From contig CAVTRC010000002.1 of the NCBI GenBank assembly GCA_963737065.1, positions 480,001 to 544,000 on the forward strand: DNA of 64,000 nt, in the 5' to 3' direction. Position 1 is the stretch's first letter. Every line of letters starts with the position of its first letter. The position numbers and the translations under genes are program-made. The notes beneath the pieces were generated by a model. It was not told the origin of the DNA. It saw nothing but the letters and a program-made list of their open reading frames with translations, and did not search any database. This document shows, piece by piece, positions 1-9,378 of this stretch. Source of the stretch: Candidatus Eremiobacteria bacterium (GTDB lineage: Bacteria > Vulcanimicrobiota > Vulcanimicrobiia > Vulcanimicrobiales > Vulcanimicrobiaceae).

Positions 1-1
1 G

Positions 2-1984
2 ATTTGGGACGATATGCCGGACGGTTTTGGCCTCGAAGCCTTGTTACGCCATCCGGAAGCGCGCCGGACCGGCGATCGCGGCGCATTGCTGCGTTTCGTG
101 CAAACGCTGGTCAAAAGCGGAGAGTTGCGACGCGAGCGTCGGCTGGCCGATGCGAGGACGCAGCAGTATCGCATTCGCGTGCTCTATCCGCGCGACGGTA
201 TGGCGCGCGGTACGAAAGCGCGGGCACTGCTCGCATTCGTGAATGAGGCGCCCGGCGTTCGGCGCGCCGATGCCGTTCTCGCCGGATTTTCGAACGCCGT
301 GATCGCACGCGCCGTGAAATCCGGTGCGCTCCAGGAGCGTGAAGTCTCCGCAGCGCATGCGCGAACGCGCGAAGCGATCCCCGCGCCGCGTTTTTCGCCG
401 ACGGGCGAACAAGCCGCAGCGCTGCAGCGAATTGGCGGTTGGCTCGCCGCGCGCACGTTCGCCGAGGCGTTGATCCACGGTGTGACCGGAAGCGGAAAGA
501 CGTACGTTTACGTCGAGGCGATCAAGCGCGTCGTACGCGAGGGCGGCCGCGCCATCGTCTTAGTTCCCGAGATCTCTCTGACGCCGCAAACCGCAAAACG
601 GTTCGAAGACGCTTTCGGCGACCGCGTTGCCGTTTTGCACTCCGCACTTTCGGAACGCGAGCGGTTTGAAGCGTGGCAGGCGTGCATGCGTGGCGAAATC
701 GACGTCGTTGTCGGCGCGCGGAGTGCAGTCTTTGCGCCGCTCCGCGACGTGCGGCTGATGGTCATCGATGAGGCGCACGAGACGTCGTACAAACAAGACG
801 GCGTTCCTCGCTATCACGCCGTAACCGTCGGGCGCGAGCGTATGCGCGCGGCCGGTGGGGTTTTGTTGCTTGGAAGCGCGACGCCCTCACTCGAGGCGTA
901 CGAGGCGGCGCGCCGGGAGCGCATCGCGCTCATCGCGCTTCGTAAACGCGCGACCGCGCAGGCAATGCCCAGCGTCGCAATCATCGATCTTGCCAAGGAA
1001 TTCGAGAGCGGCAACAGGCGAATATTCAGTACGATGTTGACGCAGTCGCTAGCGGACCGCCTAGAGCGCGGTGAAAAGACAGTACTTTTTGTCAACCGCC
1101 GCGGCAGCGCTAGGTTTCTGCTGTGCCGGACGTGTGGTTTTGTTCCGCAGTGTCCGCGGTGCGATGTTTCGCTTGCCGCGCACCGCAGCGAAGGGCTGCT
1201 GCGGTGTCACTACTGCGATTATCAGCAGCCGATCCCGCCGAACTGTCCGTCGTGCGGCATGCCGACGATACGTGAATTCGGCGTCGGAACCGAGCGCGTC
1301 GCGGAAGAAGTCTCGCGCTTGTATCCGTCGGCACGCGTTTTGCGCATGGATTCCGATACGACGACGCGCGTCGGGGATCACGCGCGAATTCTCTCAGAGT
1401 TCGAAGAATCCGGCGACGTGCTCGTCGGAACGCAAATGGTCGCCAAAGGCCTCGATTTCCCGACGGTGACGCTCGTCGGGGTCGTCGCCGCAGACGTCGG
1501 GTTACACGTGCCGGACTTCCGTGCGGCGGAACGCACGTTTGCCCTCATATCACAGGTGTGCGGCCGCAGCGGCCGCGCGCGAGCGGGCGAAGCGATCGTG
1601 CAGACATATTCACCGACGCATCCGGCAGTCGTGCGCGCGGCGGCACATGACTACGAAGGGTTCGCCCGAACCGAACTTTCCGAGCGGCGCGGGCTGCAGT
1701 ATCCACCGTTCGTGCGGCTCGTGTATCTGGGCATTATCTCGAGGAGCAAGCAAAAGGCGAGCGCTCGAGCGCAACGGTACGCCGAAATTCTTCGTTCGCT
1801 GGGCGGTGCGGACGTGCTCGGGCCGGCGCCCTACCCGATTGCGCGGCTGAATAACGAGTGGCGCATGCGCATCGTCCTCAAAACGCTGAAACCGAAAGCA
1901 CTGCGCGAGGTTCTGCGCAAGCATATTGTGCCGTTTGCGCATACCGAACGCGATATTCGGCTGAGTATCAACATCGATCCCTAG
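2..1984 (+). CDS. priA: Primosomal protein N' (5'-truncated by window edge)
   Basis: Walker A GVTGSGKT, DEAH box, Cys-rich zinc region (CRTC..CPRC..CHYC..CPSC), GTQMVAKGLDF, C-terminal IDP. Frame is open upstream of the ATG at 14 and the N-terminal domain is missing. Confidence 0.96.
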   Translation: MWDDMPDGFGLEALLRHPEARRTGDRGALLRFVQTLVKSGELRRERRLADARTQQYRIRVLYPRDGMARGTKARALLAFVNEAPGVRRADAVLAGFSNAVIARAVKSGALQEREVSAAHARTREAIPAPRFSPTGEQAAALQRIGGWLAARTFAEALIHGVTGSGKTYVYVEAIKRVVREGGRAIVLVPEISLTPQTAKRFEDAFGDRVAVLHSALSERERFEAWQACMRGEIDVVVGARSAVFAPLRDVRLMVIDEAHETSYKQDGVPRYHAVTVGRERMRAAGGVLLLGSATPSLEAYEAARRERIALIALRKRATAQAMPSVAIIDLAKEFESGNRRIFSTMLTQSLADRLERGEKTVLFVNRRGSARFLLCRTCGFVPQCPRCDVSLAAHRSEGLLRCHYCDYQQPIPPNCPSCGMPTIREFGVGTERVAEEVSRLYPSARVLRMDSDTTTRVGDHARILSEFEESGDVLVGTQMVAKGLDFPTVTLVGVVAADVGLHVPDFRAAERTFALISQVCGRSGRARAGEAIVQTYSPTHPAVVRAAAHDYEGFARTELSERRGLQYPPFVRLVYLGIISRSKQKASARAQRYAEILRSLGGADVLGPAPYPIARLNNEWRMRIVLKTLKPKALREVLRKHIVPFAHTERDIRLSINIDP

Positions 1985-1994
1985 GAGGCGGACC

Positions 1995-2627
1995 GTGAAA
2001 GCAACGATGTTTGTCGATGTCATCAGCCATTGGTGTTTGGTCGCGATGCCGGCGGCGCGCGCCCTCGTGTCTCTTGGCGCGGATTTCGAACTCGTGTACG
2101 CGCCGCTGAAGGACGGTGCGCCACTCGGTTTTACCTACGAAATGGAGCACTGGTTCTACACGCGTGGCACGCGCGCGTATAATATGGAATTCCGCGCGGA
2201 TTGGTGCGAAGGTCCGGACGTGAGCAGCTTCACGGCGAACGCCGCCGCGTTTGTCGCCGGTCAGATTACCGGCGACCAGCTAAGTGCCGCACGAGCGATG
2301 ATGGCGGCTGCGATGGAGCGCGGCGCGCTCGTTGGGCGCCCCGCGGAAGCGTACGCCCAAGCAGCGTCGTTCGCTGGTATAAGCGCCGAGGACATTGAGC
2401 GGCGTGTACATGACGCGCGCGTTGCCGAGATTCTACTCGACGGCAACAAAAGGCTTGCGGCGCTCGGCGCGGACGAACGGCCGACATGGCACTTGCAAAA
2501 TGACAACGGTGACTTCGCCCTGCTCAAAGGCATCTGGCATACGGACGCCGTTACATCGGTTGCGGGCGCGTTGCAACACGATGAACGCGCGTATGCGGCC
2601 GCGGGACCGGTGCCGGGTTTCTCATAG
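1995..2627 (+). CDS. DsbA/FrnE-like thioredoxin-fold protein
   Basis: N-terminal FVDVISHWC (SxxC instead of CxxC), late G-A-D-E-R-P-T cis-Pro-like loop; RBS GGAGG before GTG. Confidence 0.6.
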   Translation: MKATMFVDVISHWCLVAMPAARALVSLGADFELVYAPLKDGAPLGFTYEMEHWFYTRGTRAYNMEFRADWCEGPDVSSFTANAAAFVAGQITGDQLSAARAMMAAAMERGALVGRPAEAYAQAASFAGISAEDIERRVHDARVAEILLDGNKRLAALGADERPTWHLQNDNGDFALLKGIWHTDAVTSVAGALQHDERAYAAAGPVPGFS

Positions 2628-2629
2628 CA

Positions 2630-4639
2630 CTACAAATCACGAAGCGCAACCGGTTTGCCGTAATAAAAACCCTGCAGTTCGTGACAACCGGCCTCACGCA
2701 GAAACGCGTCTTGTCCCGCTGTTTCGATGCCTTCGCCGATCACCATCAGGCTCAGCGAGCTCGCAAGCGCGGTTAGCGAGCGGCAAATCGCGCGCGAGTA
2801 GTCGTCTACGTCGCAATCGCGAACGAACATGCGGTCGATCTTCAAGCATGAAACAGGATACGATTTCAAATAACTGAGCGTGTTGTACCCGGTTCCGAAG
2901 TCGTCGATCGCGATGGAAAACCCGTCGCTTCGAAGTTGCGCGAGCACTTTCGCGGCCAGTTCAACGTCGTTGATGAGCGACTGTTCCGTCACTTCGATTT
3001 GGATCTGCGACGAACGCACGCCGGCGCGCCGGGCGATTTCACGGACCCGTTCGTTGAATCGCGGCGTTTGCAGCTGTTCGGCGGAGACGTTCACATTGAC
3101 TCGAATCGCACGTCTAAAGCGCTTCGAGAGCGCCGCGCTTGCGCGGCATGCCTCTCCAAAGACCCATTCGCCGATAATCGGTAGTTGACCGCTCTGCACG
3201 GCGACGTCGAGGAATGATGCCGGCGAAATCATCCCAAACTCGGGATGCTGCCAGCGAAGCAGCGCCTCAACCGCCGAAATTTCACCGGTTATCGCGCGAT
3301 AGATCGGCTGGTAGTGCACCGTGAGCTCGTTGCGTTCAAGCGAAACGGTTAAGTCGCGCTCGATCCTATGCCGCATCGTCATGAGCCGCTCCAGATCGGG
3401 CGTGTACCACATAACGCGCGAACGGCCGGCCGCCTTTGCGCCGAGCATCGCCATGTGGGCGTGCGTGAGCACCGACGGTTCCGTTTGATGAACGTTGAAC
3501 ATCGCTACGCCGATGCTTGCCGTCAAAGCGTATTCCACTCCACCGATCACCACCGGCGCTCGCAGCACGTTGCGCACGTCCGCTACGCGGGCCTCAGCTT
3601 CGCGATGATCGCCGACGTCCATGAAGAGCATTGCGAACTCGTCGCCGCCCATGCGCGCCACGCTATCGTCGACGCCGCGCAGAGAACGAAGACGTTCGGC
3701 AATCGCGCGCAGGATCTGATCGCCGGCACTGTGTCCGGCAATATCGTTGACTTCGCTGAAGCCGTCGAGATCCATAAAGACGAGCGCGATACCGCGATGG
3801 CTCGCTTCGGATTCCGCAACGACCGCGCGCGCGTGCCGCTCGAATCCGGTGCGGTTCAGTACGCCGGTGACCGCGTCGTGATATGCGATGTATTCCAGAC
3901 CTTGCTGCGCTTCCACCGCTTGCGTTTCATCGATGATGACGCTAACGCCGCGCACCGCGACCTCCGCATCGCTGACGAAATAGGACGTCTGCGATCGTAC
4001 GTGGCGCACTTCGCCCGACGGCCGTACGATGCGGTACTCCAACTCGAGTTCGCGCGCATGGACGATCGCTTTCGCGCGTGCGCGCGTGAAGCGCAGCCGG
4101 TCCTCCGGGTGAATGCGCGCGACCATCTCGCCGAAATGGATCCGCCGGATTTCCTCGGGAAAACCGAAGAGTCGCGCAAATCCCGGTGTGATGTCGCACG
4201 CCTCGGTTTCAAGGTCGACCGTGTACGAGGCAAAGGAAGAGATCGCTTCCGCGTGTTCGAGCGTCCGCTGAGCGACGGCGAGTTCCGTCGAGTGAGAATT
4301 CGTGGGAGTGGCGACGCCGATAATTGCCACGGTCCGGCCCTCGTCGACGATGGCGTGGAGATGCGCCGTATACTGGACGTTGCGATGGCTAAACGTGAAA
4401 CGCGCGTCTTTTCCTTGGCGTGCGGCATGAAACGCGCGCGCGACGCCTGCGGCCGGCTTGCGCCGTTCGAAGAAATGCGTTGCTTCGCGTCCGATCACCA
4501 GCCGCGGATCGATATGAAGTGCCGAAACTTTTGCTCCGGCGACGGAGCGAAACTTGAAATCCCGATCGGTGCTGAAGAAGAGCAGCGGCGCGTGAGCCAG
4601 CAATCCTTGTACTTGCGCCATGCTCAGCGCGTCGACCAT
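2630..4639 (-). CDS. PAS-PAS-GGDEF-EAL diguanylate cyclase/phosphodiesterase
   Basis: IHPED PAS motif, MGGDEF, VEALLRW, IDDFGTGY, EGIET, QGFY motifs. Confidence 0.93.
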   Translation of the reverse strand: MVDALSMAQVQGLLAHAPLLFFSTDRDFKFRSVAGAKVSALHIDPRLVIGREATHFFERRKPAAGVARAFHAARQGKDARFTFSHRNVQYTAHLHAIVDEGRTVAIIGVATPTNSHSTELAVAQRTLEHAEAISSFASYTVDLETEACDITPGFARLFGFPEEIRRIHFGEMVARIHPEDRLRFTRARAKAIVHARELELEYRIVRPSGEVRHVRSQTSYFVSDAEVAVRGVSVIIDETQAVEAQQGLEYIAYHDAVTGVLNRTGFERHARAVVAESEASHRGIALVFMDLDGFSEVNDIAGHSAGDQILRAIAERLRSLRGVDDSVARMGGDEFAMLFMDVGDHREAEARVADVRNVLRAPVVIGGVEYALTASIGVAMFNVHQTEPSVLTHAHMAMLGAKAAGRSRVMWYTPDLERLMTMRHRIERDLTVSLERNELTVHYQPIYRAITGEISAVEALLRWQHPEFGMISPASFLDVAVQSGQLPIIGEWVFGEACRASAALSKRFRRAIRVNVNVSAEQLQTPRFNERVREIARRAGVRSSQIQIEVTEQSLINDVELAAKVLAQLRSDGFSIAIDDFGTGYNTLSYLKSYPVSCLKIDRMFVRDCDVDDYSRAICRSLTALASSLSLMVIGEGIETAGQDAFLREAGCHELQGFYYGKPVALRDL

Positions 4640-4686
4640 GCATCACACCCCCATGCGTCCTATTCGTGCCACAAATAAGCGATCTT

Positions 4687-5958
4687 CTAACGCATGCGTC
4701 CGATGCCGGGGCGGACGTGAAGCGCGCTCGTCGGAAATATCAGTTGCGAGAAAAGTAAGCCCGCTACGAGCTGAACGGCGGCAAATGCGGCGTTCGCCCC
4801 AAACGTAAGCGCGCTCGAAATATTGGCCTGAAACGCGAAAAGGACGCTTTCGTAGCTCAAACTTCCCGGAACCAAAACGAGTAGCGCGGGAGCGAGCATA
4901 ACCGCTTGCGGCAAGCGCAGAAACCGGGCGCCCATGTTTGCAATGATTCCGCAAAGAAACGCGGATGCGAAGGCGGACACGGTATGCACCGGCGTTCCGG
5001 CGAGCGCGTGCGAGATCAAGAGTGCCACGAAGCAGGCAGCGAATACCCACACGAAGTCTCGCGGCCGCGAATCGAGATCGATCCACAGTCCGATCGAAAT
5101 GAGCACCGCCGCGACGATCCACCAGCGACCCGCGACGGCGTGAGTGTGTACGTCACCCAGCTCGAGTAACTTTGGACCGAGGAGCGCAAATCCGAGCAAT
5201 GCGCCGCACGCCAGTGCGAGCAAGACGGAAAGCACTTTGCCCAAGCGCGCGACGCCCGCGACCAGAGCATTGTTCGCCAATTCGTGCAGCGCGAGCGTGA
5301 GGGAATACCCCGGAAGAAGTACGACGACGCCCGCAACAATCGAAATGTAGATGTTCGTCGGCCCAAAGAGCTTGGTGAAGAGCGCGACGATCAGCGTTCC
5401 GACGAACGCGGCGATCACTTCGAAGAGGCGGGCAACGACGGCATTGTGGATTGCGATGACGGCGATAATTCCGGTGGCCAAACCGATGCATCCGGCAACC
5501 GCGAGTTCGCGCGCACCTGCACCGAGCAGAATCCCGACGGCGATTGCAATGAATGCAAGCGCCGGAATCTGCCAGAAGACGTTAAGCCCCGGCCATTGGC
5601 GATCGATGTTGGCGACCGCGGCGCTCGCCTCGCGATAGTCGATATTCCCGGCTCGTACATCGTCGTAAATCGCGTTGAGCAGTGAGATACGGCGCAGGTT
5701 CACCGAGCCGGGTTCCAAGCGCATGAGGACGGTTTTTTGATTCCACCGCGGGCCGACCGCGATCGTGATCTGTGTGGGCAGCGCGAAGATCTGCAACGGC
5801 ACGTCGATCGACGCCGCGATGACGGTCATCGTTTGCTCGAGCGAGTCCGTCGCGACGCCCGCTTCGTGCAATGCGCGCGCCATCGTGGCGATGAAGATGG
5901 CCTTCGGATCGTCCGCGATCGCGGAAATCGGCTGCGTCGGCGTCTTCCTCACGCGCAC
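4687..5958 (-). CDS. Threonine/serine exporter family (ThrE-like) membrane protein
   Basis: Soluble N-terminus followed by ~10 TM segments with two LLPG/LVPG motifs typical of ThrE. Confidence 0.8.
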   Translation of the reverse strand: MRVRKTPTQPISAIADDPKAIFIATMARALHEAGVATDSLEQTMTVIAASIDVPLQIFALPTQITIAVGPRWNQKTVLMRLEPGSVNLRRISLLNAIYDDVRAGNIDYREASAAVANIDRQWPGLNVFWQIPALAFIAIAVGILLGAGARELAVAGCIGLATGIIAVIAIHNAVVARLFEVIAAFVGTLIVALFTKLFGPTNIYISIVAGVVVLLPGYSLTLALHELANNALVAGVARLGKVLSVLLALACGALLGFALLGPKLLELGDVHTHAVAGRWWIVAAVLISIGLWIDLDSRPRDFVWVFAACFVALLISHALAGTPVHTVSAFASAFLCGIIANMGARFLRLPQAVMLAPALLVLVPGSLSYESVLFAFQANISSALTFGANAAFAAVQLVAGLLFSQLIFPTSALHVRPGIGRMR

Positions 5959-5973
5959 CCTATACGCGCAACG

Positions 5974-6002
5974 AAAAGAACCCGCCTTGGCCGCGGGTTC
6001 TT
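5974..6002 (-). terminator. Intrinsic terminator downstream of rpsT
   Basis: AAGAACCCGC/GCGGGTTCTT stem running into a T tract on the minus strand, 22 nt after the rpsT stop. Confidence 0.7.
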
Positions 6003-6024
6003 CGTATCGATCGCTTCGTTCGAG

Positions 6025-6327
6025 TTATTTCTTGCGCGAGGCTTTTGCTGCGCCGCTCGTTTTCTTCGCCGCAACCGCGGGGGCTGCAGCGGCGCGAGCC
6101 ATCGCCTTCGCGAGGCGCGACTTCTTGCGCGCGGCCTTATTCCGGTGAATCGTGCCGGACTTTGCCGCTTTATCGAACTGGCTCTCGACGCTCTTCGCAA
6201 ACTCGGGATCCTGTGTCGAAACAGCCTTCTTGAAGGTCGTCTTCAGGCGCGTCTTCACGTCTTTGTTCTGCGTCGTGCGCTTGTCGGTCTGCCGCATCCA
6301 CTTTTCCGCGGCTTTGATGTTCGGCAA
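6025..6327 (-). CDS. rpsT: 30S ribosomal protein S20
   Basis: PNIKAAEK start, DKAAKSGTIHRNKAARKKSRL signature; Ala/Lys-rich tail. Confidence 0.97.
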   Translation of the reverse strand: MPNIKAAEKWMRQTDKRTTQNKDVKTRLKTTFKKAVSTQDPEFAKSVESQFDKAAKSGTIHRNKAARKKSRLAKAMARAAAAPAVAAKKTSGAAKASRKK

Positions 6328-6370
6328 AAGAAACTCCTAAAAAGACCATCCGCAAACCCGGCGTAGTATA

Positions 6371-7258
6371 TCAGCTTAGCCTACGTTCGAGCAAGATCTT
6401 GCGATAGCTGGCGTACCGGCTCTCGGGAATCGCCGCTTCGGCGACCGCCGCCTGCACGCCGCAATCCGGCTCGCGCAAATGGGTGCAGTCGGTAAACCGG
6501 CAGCGCGTGGCCGGCTCGCGCATCTCCGGAAAGCCGTCAACGAGCTCGGCCGGCTCGATTTTACCCAGGCCGAACTCGTTGACGCCGGGGCTATCTATAA
6601 GGAAACCGTCGCCCATCCGGTACAAGCGAGCCGTGGTCGTCGTCTGCCTTCCCAGCCCATGGCGCGACACGTCTCCCACGCTGCCTTCACCGCCGAGCGC
6701 CTTAAAAATCGAACTCTTCCCGACGCCCGAGATCCCCGAGAGCAACGCGTGCCGGCCCGCAATTCCCGTGCGCAGACCGTCGACGTTATCGCTCGACTTC
6801 GGGTTGACGACGATTGTGTCGTAGTTCAAGCGGCGGTAGAGCGAAACGAACTCTTCCCGAACGGACGTCTGGGCGAGGTCCGGTTTGGTGAAGACGACGA
6901 GTGCTCCGATATTCTCCAATTCCGCGAACGCCAAAAGCTGGTCGAGCGTCACGAGCCGCGGCGGCGGATCGGCCAGCGCCGTCACCGTTACGAGCGTATC
7001 GACGTTCGCCGCCATGATTTTCGAACGGCCTTCGATGGTTCGGCGTTCGAGGGTAAAGCCGCGCGGCTCGATGCGATCTACGACGGTTTTTTCGTCTTCC
7101 AGTATGCGAACGAAGACGACGTCACCGGGCACGGGCATGAAACGCTTGCCGCTCTGACGGCGAAGCTGCGCCAAACGCGGCACGATCTCGCCGTCTAGTG
7201 AAACCCACGCTGCATTCTTGCCGGTAGAAACGACGAGGGCGCGCCGTAATTCGCTCAT
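6371..7258 (-). CDS. rsgA: Ribosome small subunit-dependent GTPase A
   Basis: Circularly permuted GTPase motifs TKPD, GISGVGKSS, GRQTTT, DSPG, and the CRFTDCTHLREPDC zinc site. Confidence 0.95.
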   Translation of the reverse strand: MSELRRALVVSTGKNAAWVSLDGEIVPRLAQLRRQSGKRFMPVPGDVVFVRILEDEKTVVDRIEPRGFTLERRTIEGRSKIMAANVDTLVTVTALADPPPRLVTLDQLLAFAELENIGALVVFTKPDLAQTSVREEFVSLYRRLNYDTIVVNPKSSDNVDGLRTGIAGRHALLSGISGVGKSSIFKALGGEGSVGDVSRHGLGRQTTTTARLYRMGDGFLIDSPGVNEFGLGKIEPAELVDGFPEMREPATRCRFTDCTHLREPDCGVQAAVAEAAIPESRYASYRKILLERRLS

Positions 7259-7270
7259 TACAAAGAATGA

Positions 7271-7840
7271 GTGCCGTTCGCGTGTAACGATGTGAGAAGG
7301 ATCGTGCCGGCTTTCACCGTTCGCTATACCCCAGTCCCGTGCGACGACGTTCGTTCGTCGCTCGCCGATTTCGCGCGGCGCGACGGCGCGTCACTGAGCT
7401 GGCAGGACAACGCGCTCTTCAATCGCTCGTATGCGTTGATCGAAAACGCGAGTGCGGGATTTCCGCGGACGCAGAACGGGGCAACGGTTTTCGAAACGCC
7501 GGTCATCGCTCTTGCGATACGCCCGAACGTCGCGGAAGCCTTGCCTTCCTTGGTGGATGCGCTCGCCGGTTCGGGCGCTCCGAGCGGCGTCCTTTCGTGC
7601 GAGGAAAATTCCGGCGCGCTCATTGTGGAATGGAATTTGGATCGCACGCCGGCCAACGTCGTGCTGGCACTCGCCGACGTCGAGCTCGCGCGGTTCGGTA
7701 GCGGGCGCGTGAACGCGTTGCTGACGCCGTTGCCGCTTGCGTGGTGGACGTCGATTGCGAGCGCGGGATTGCAAGCGCCCGAGATCGCACCCGATCGCGT
7801 GCTCGAGGCGCTGATCGAGGAACATCATGTCGCTCGTTAA
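7271..7840 (+). CDS. Hypothetical protein, first gene of the cdaA operon
   Basis: 189-aa ORF overlapping the cdaA start; true start may be the GTG at ~7304. Confidence 0.65.
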   Translation: MPFACNDVRRIVPAFTVRYTPVPCDDVRSSLADFARRDGASLSWQDNALFNRSYALIENASAGFPRTQNGATVFETPVIALAIRPNVAEALPSLVDALAGSGAPSGVLSCEENSGALIVEWNLDRTPANVVLALADVELARFGSGRVNALLTPLPLAWWTSIASAGLQAPEIAPDRVLEALIEEHHVAR

Positions 7841-8735
7841 CGTGGTCAACGTGATCGGTTCGTACGTCGGCATCACCGATATGCTCGATGTCGCTGCGAC
7901 GAGCGTGCTGATCTACTATGTCTTGTTGTTGATTCGCGGAACGCGAGCGGTCCAAATTCTTACGGGTGTGCTCGTCCTCGTTGGTCTGCTCGGTGTCGCG
8001 AAATTGCTCCAGTTGTATTTGCTCGGTACGATCTTGAATTTGCTCGTCATCGGCGCGGCCGTGACGCTGCCGATCGTCTTTCAACCGGAGCTGCGCCGTG
8101 CGCTCGAACAGATCGGCCGCGGCGGCCTCTTGCATATCGGCGGAGACGCCCGGAACCGGACGCGTACGGAAGATAAAGGCATTGCGATGCTCGCGCGTAC
8201 CGCGTTCTTGCTCTCACGTAACAAACTCGGCGCCCTTATCGTCATCGAACAACAAAGCGGCCTGAAGGAATTCGTCGAAAGCGGCACGTTCATCGACGGA
8301 CAACTCTCCGCCGAACTGTTGCTCGCGATCTTCAATCCGCGTTCGCCGTTGCACGACGGTGCGGTTATCGTGCGCCAGAACGTCATCGAAGCCGCGGGAT
8401 GCTTTCTGCCGCTCGCCGAGCAAGTGCTCTCCGAGCGTCGCATCGGCACGCGCCACCGCGCAGCCGTCGGATTGACCGAACAAACCGACGCGGTCGTTAT
8501 CGTCGTCTCGGAAGAAACGGGGACGATTTCGATCGCGCGCGAGGGCAAGCTGACGCGGCCGGTTGAGGAAGAAGGGCGATTGATGAAGATGCTGCTCGCC
8601 GTTACCCGGGCGCCGCGCGACCGGCGTCGATTCGTGAACAACGATTTGGTTGCACACTTCCGCGCGCGGCTCGCTCCTGCGCGCGGATCCGAGGACAACG
8701 TCCGTGGTGATCATCCGAAAGAACTTCGGACTTAA
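7827..8735 (+). CDS. cdaA: Diadenylate cyclase CdaA (DacA)
   Basis: Three N-terminal TM helices, FQPELRRALE, LHDGA and GTRHRAA catalytic motifs. Confidence 0.96.
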   Translation: MSLVNVVNVIGSYVGITDMLDVAATSVLIYYVLLLIRGTRAVQILTGVLVLVGLLGVAKLLQLYLLGTILNLLVIGAAVTLPIVFQPELRRALEQIGRGGLLHIGGDARNRTRTEDKGIAMLARTAFLLSRNKLGALIVIEQQSGLKEFVESGTFIDGQLSAELLLAIFNPRSPLHDGAVIVRQNVIEAAGCFLPLAEQVLSERRIGTRHRAAVGLTEQTDAVVIVVSEETGTISIAREGKLTRPVEEEGRLMKMLLAVTRAPRDRRRFVNNDLVAHFRARLAPARGSEDNVRGDHPKELRT

Positions 8736-9378
8736 GGTCCTTTCGCTGGCGCTCGCAATCGTCGGTTGGGCCTATTTTCGCTTCGCGGCGAATCCAGCGA
8801 TCGCCTCACGCTTCGATCAACAGATCTCCGTACCGATCGCTGCGGAAAACCTTCCGATCGGATACATCGCGCATTTCACGGACAAAGACGCCGTCGTCAC
8901 GGTTGCAATGAAGCGCGGCGAACCGGCGATCAACCCGAACCAGGTCAAAGCCGTGCTGGATCTATCGAACAAAGGCAGCGGCGTGTACAACGTTCCGGTG
9001 CAACTCGTGGCGCCCGATATCGTCGTGCAGAGTTTGAGTCCCGCGTCGGTCAGTTTATCGATCGAGCGAATCGAGGACCGTAGTCTCCCGCTCGCGATGC
9101 ATTATACGGGGAATGCGAGCAGCGAGATCGTCGTAAACGACGTGCAGCAACAGCCGTCGGCGGTGACCGTCCACGGACCGACGAGTTTGCTGTCTCAAGT
9201 GACTGCCGTCACCCTGAACGTCCCGCTCGCGCAGAGTCCGTCGGCCTTCGATGCAATGGTCCGTCCGGTCCCGGTGAACGCGCTCGGGCAGGAAGTCGCC
9301 GGCCTGGAGGTCGCACCGGATCTCGTGCGCGTACGCGTGCACTTCGTCAAAGGAATGGGAGCAGGAACAAAACCGTGA
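8704..9378 (+). CDS. cdaR: CdaA regulator CdaR (YbbR domains)
   Basis: KNFGLKVLSLALA anchor and YbbR-like beta repeats; lies between cdaA and glmM; RBS GAGGA before GTG at 8704. Confidence 0.85.
   Translation: MVIIRKNFGLKVLSLALAIVGWAYFRFAANPAIASRFDQQISVPIAAENLPIGYIAHFTDKDAVVTVAMKRGEPAINPNQVKAVLDLSNKGSGVYNVPVQLVAPDIVVQSLSPASVSLSIERIEDRSLPLAMHYTGNASSEIVVNDVQQQPSAVTVHGPTSLLSQVTAVTLNVPLAQSPSAFDAMVRPVPVNALGQEVAGLEVAPDLVRVRVHFVKGMGAGTKP

Noticed and set aside
3368..4678. 436-aa plus-strand ORF and similar long antisense ORFs (e.g. 43386-44516, 51234-52271, 54936-55967)
   Set aside because: High-GC antisense shadows of clearly identified genes on the opposite strand.
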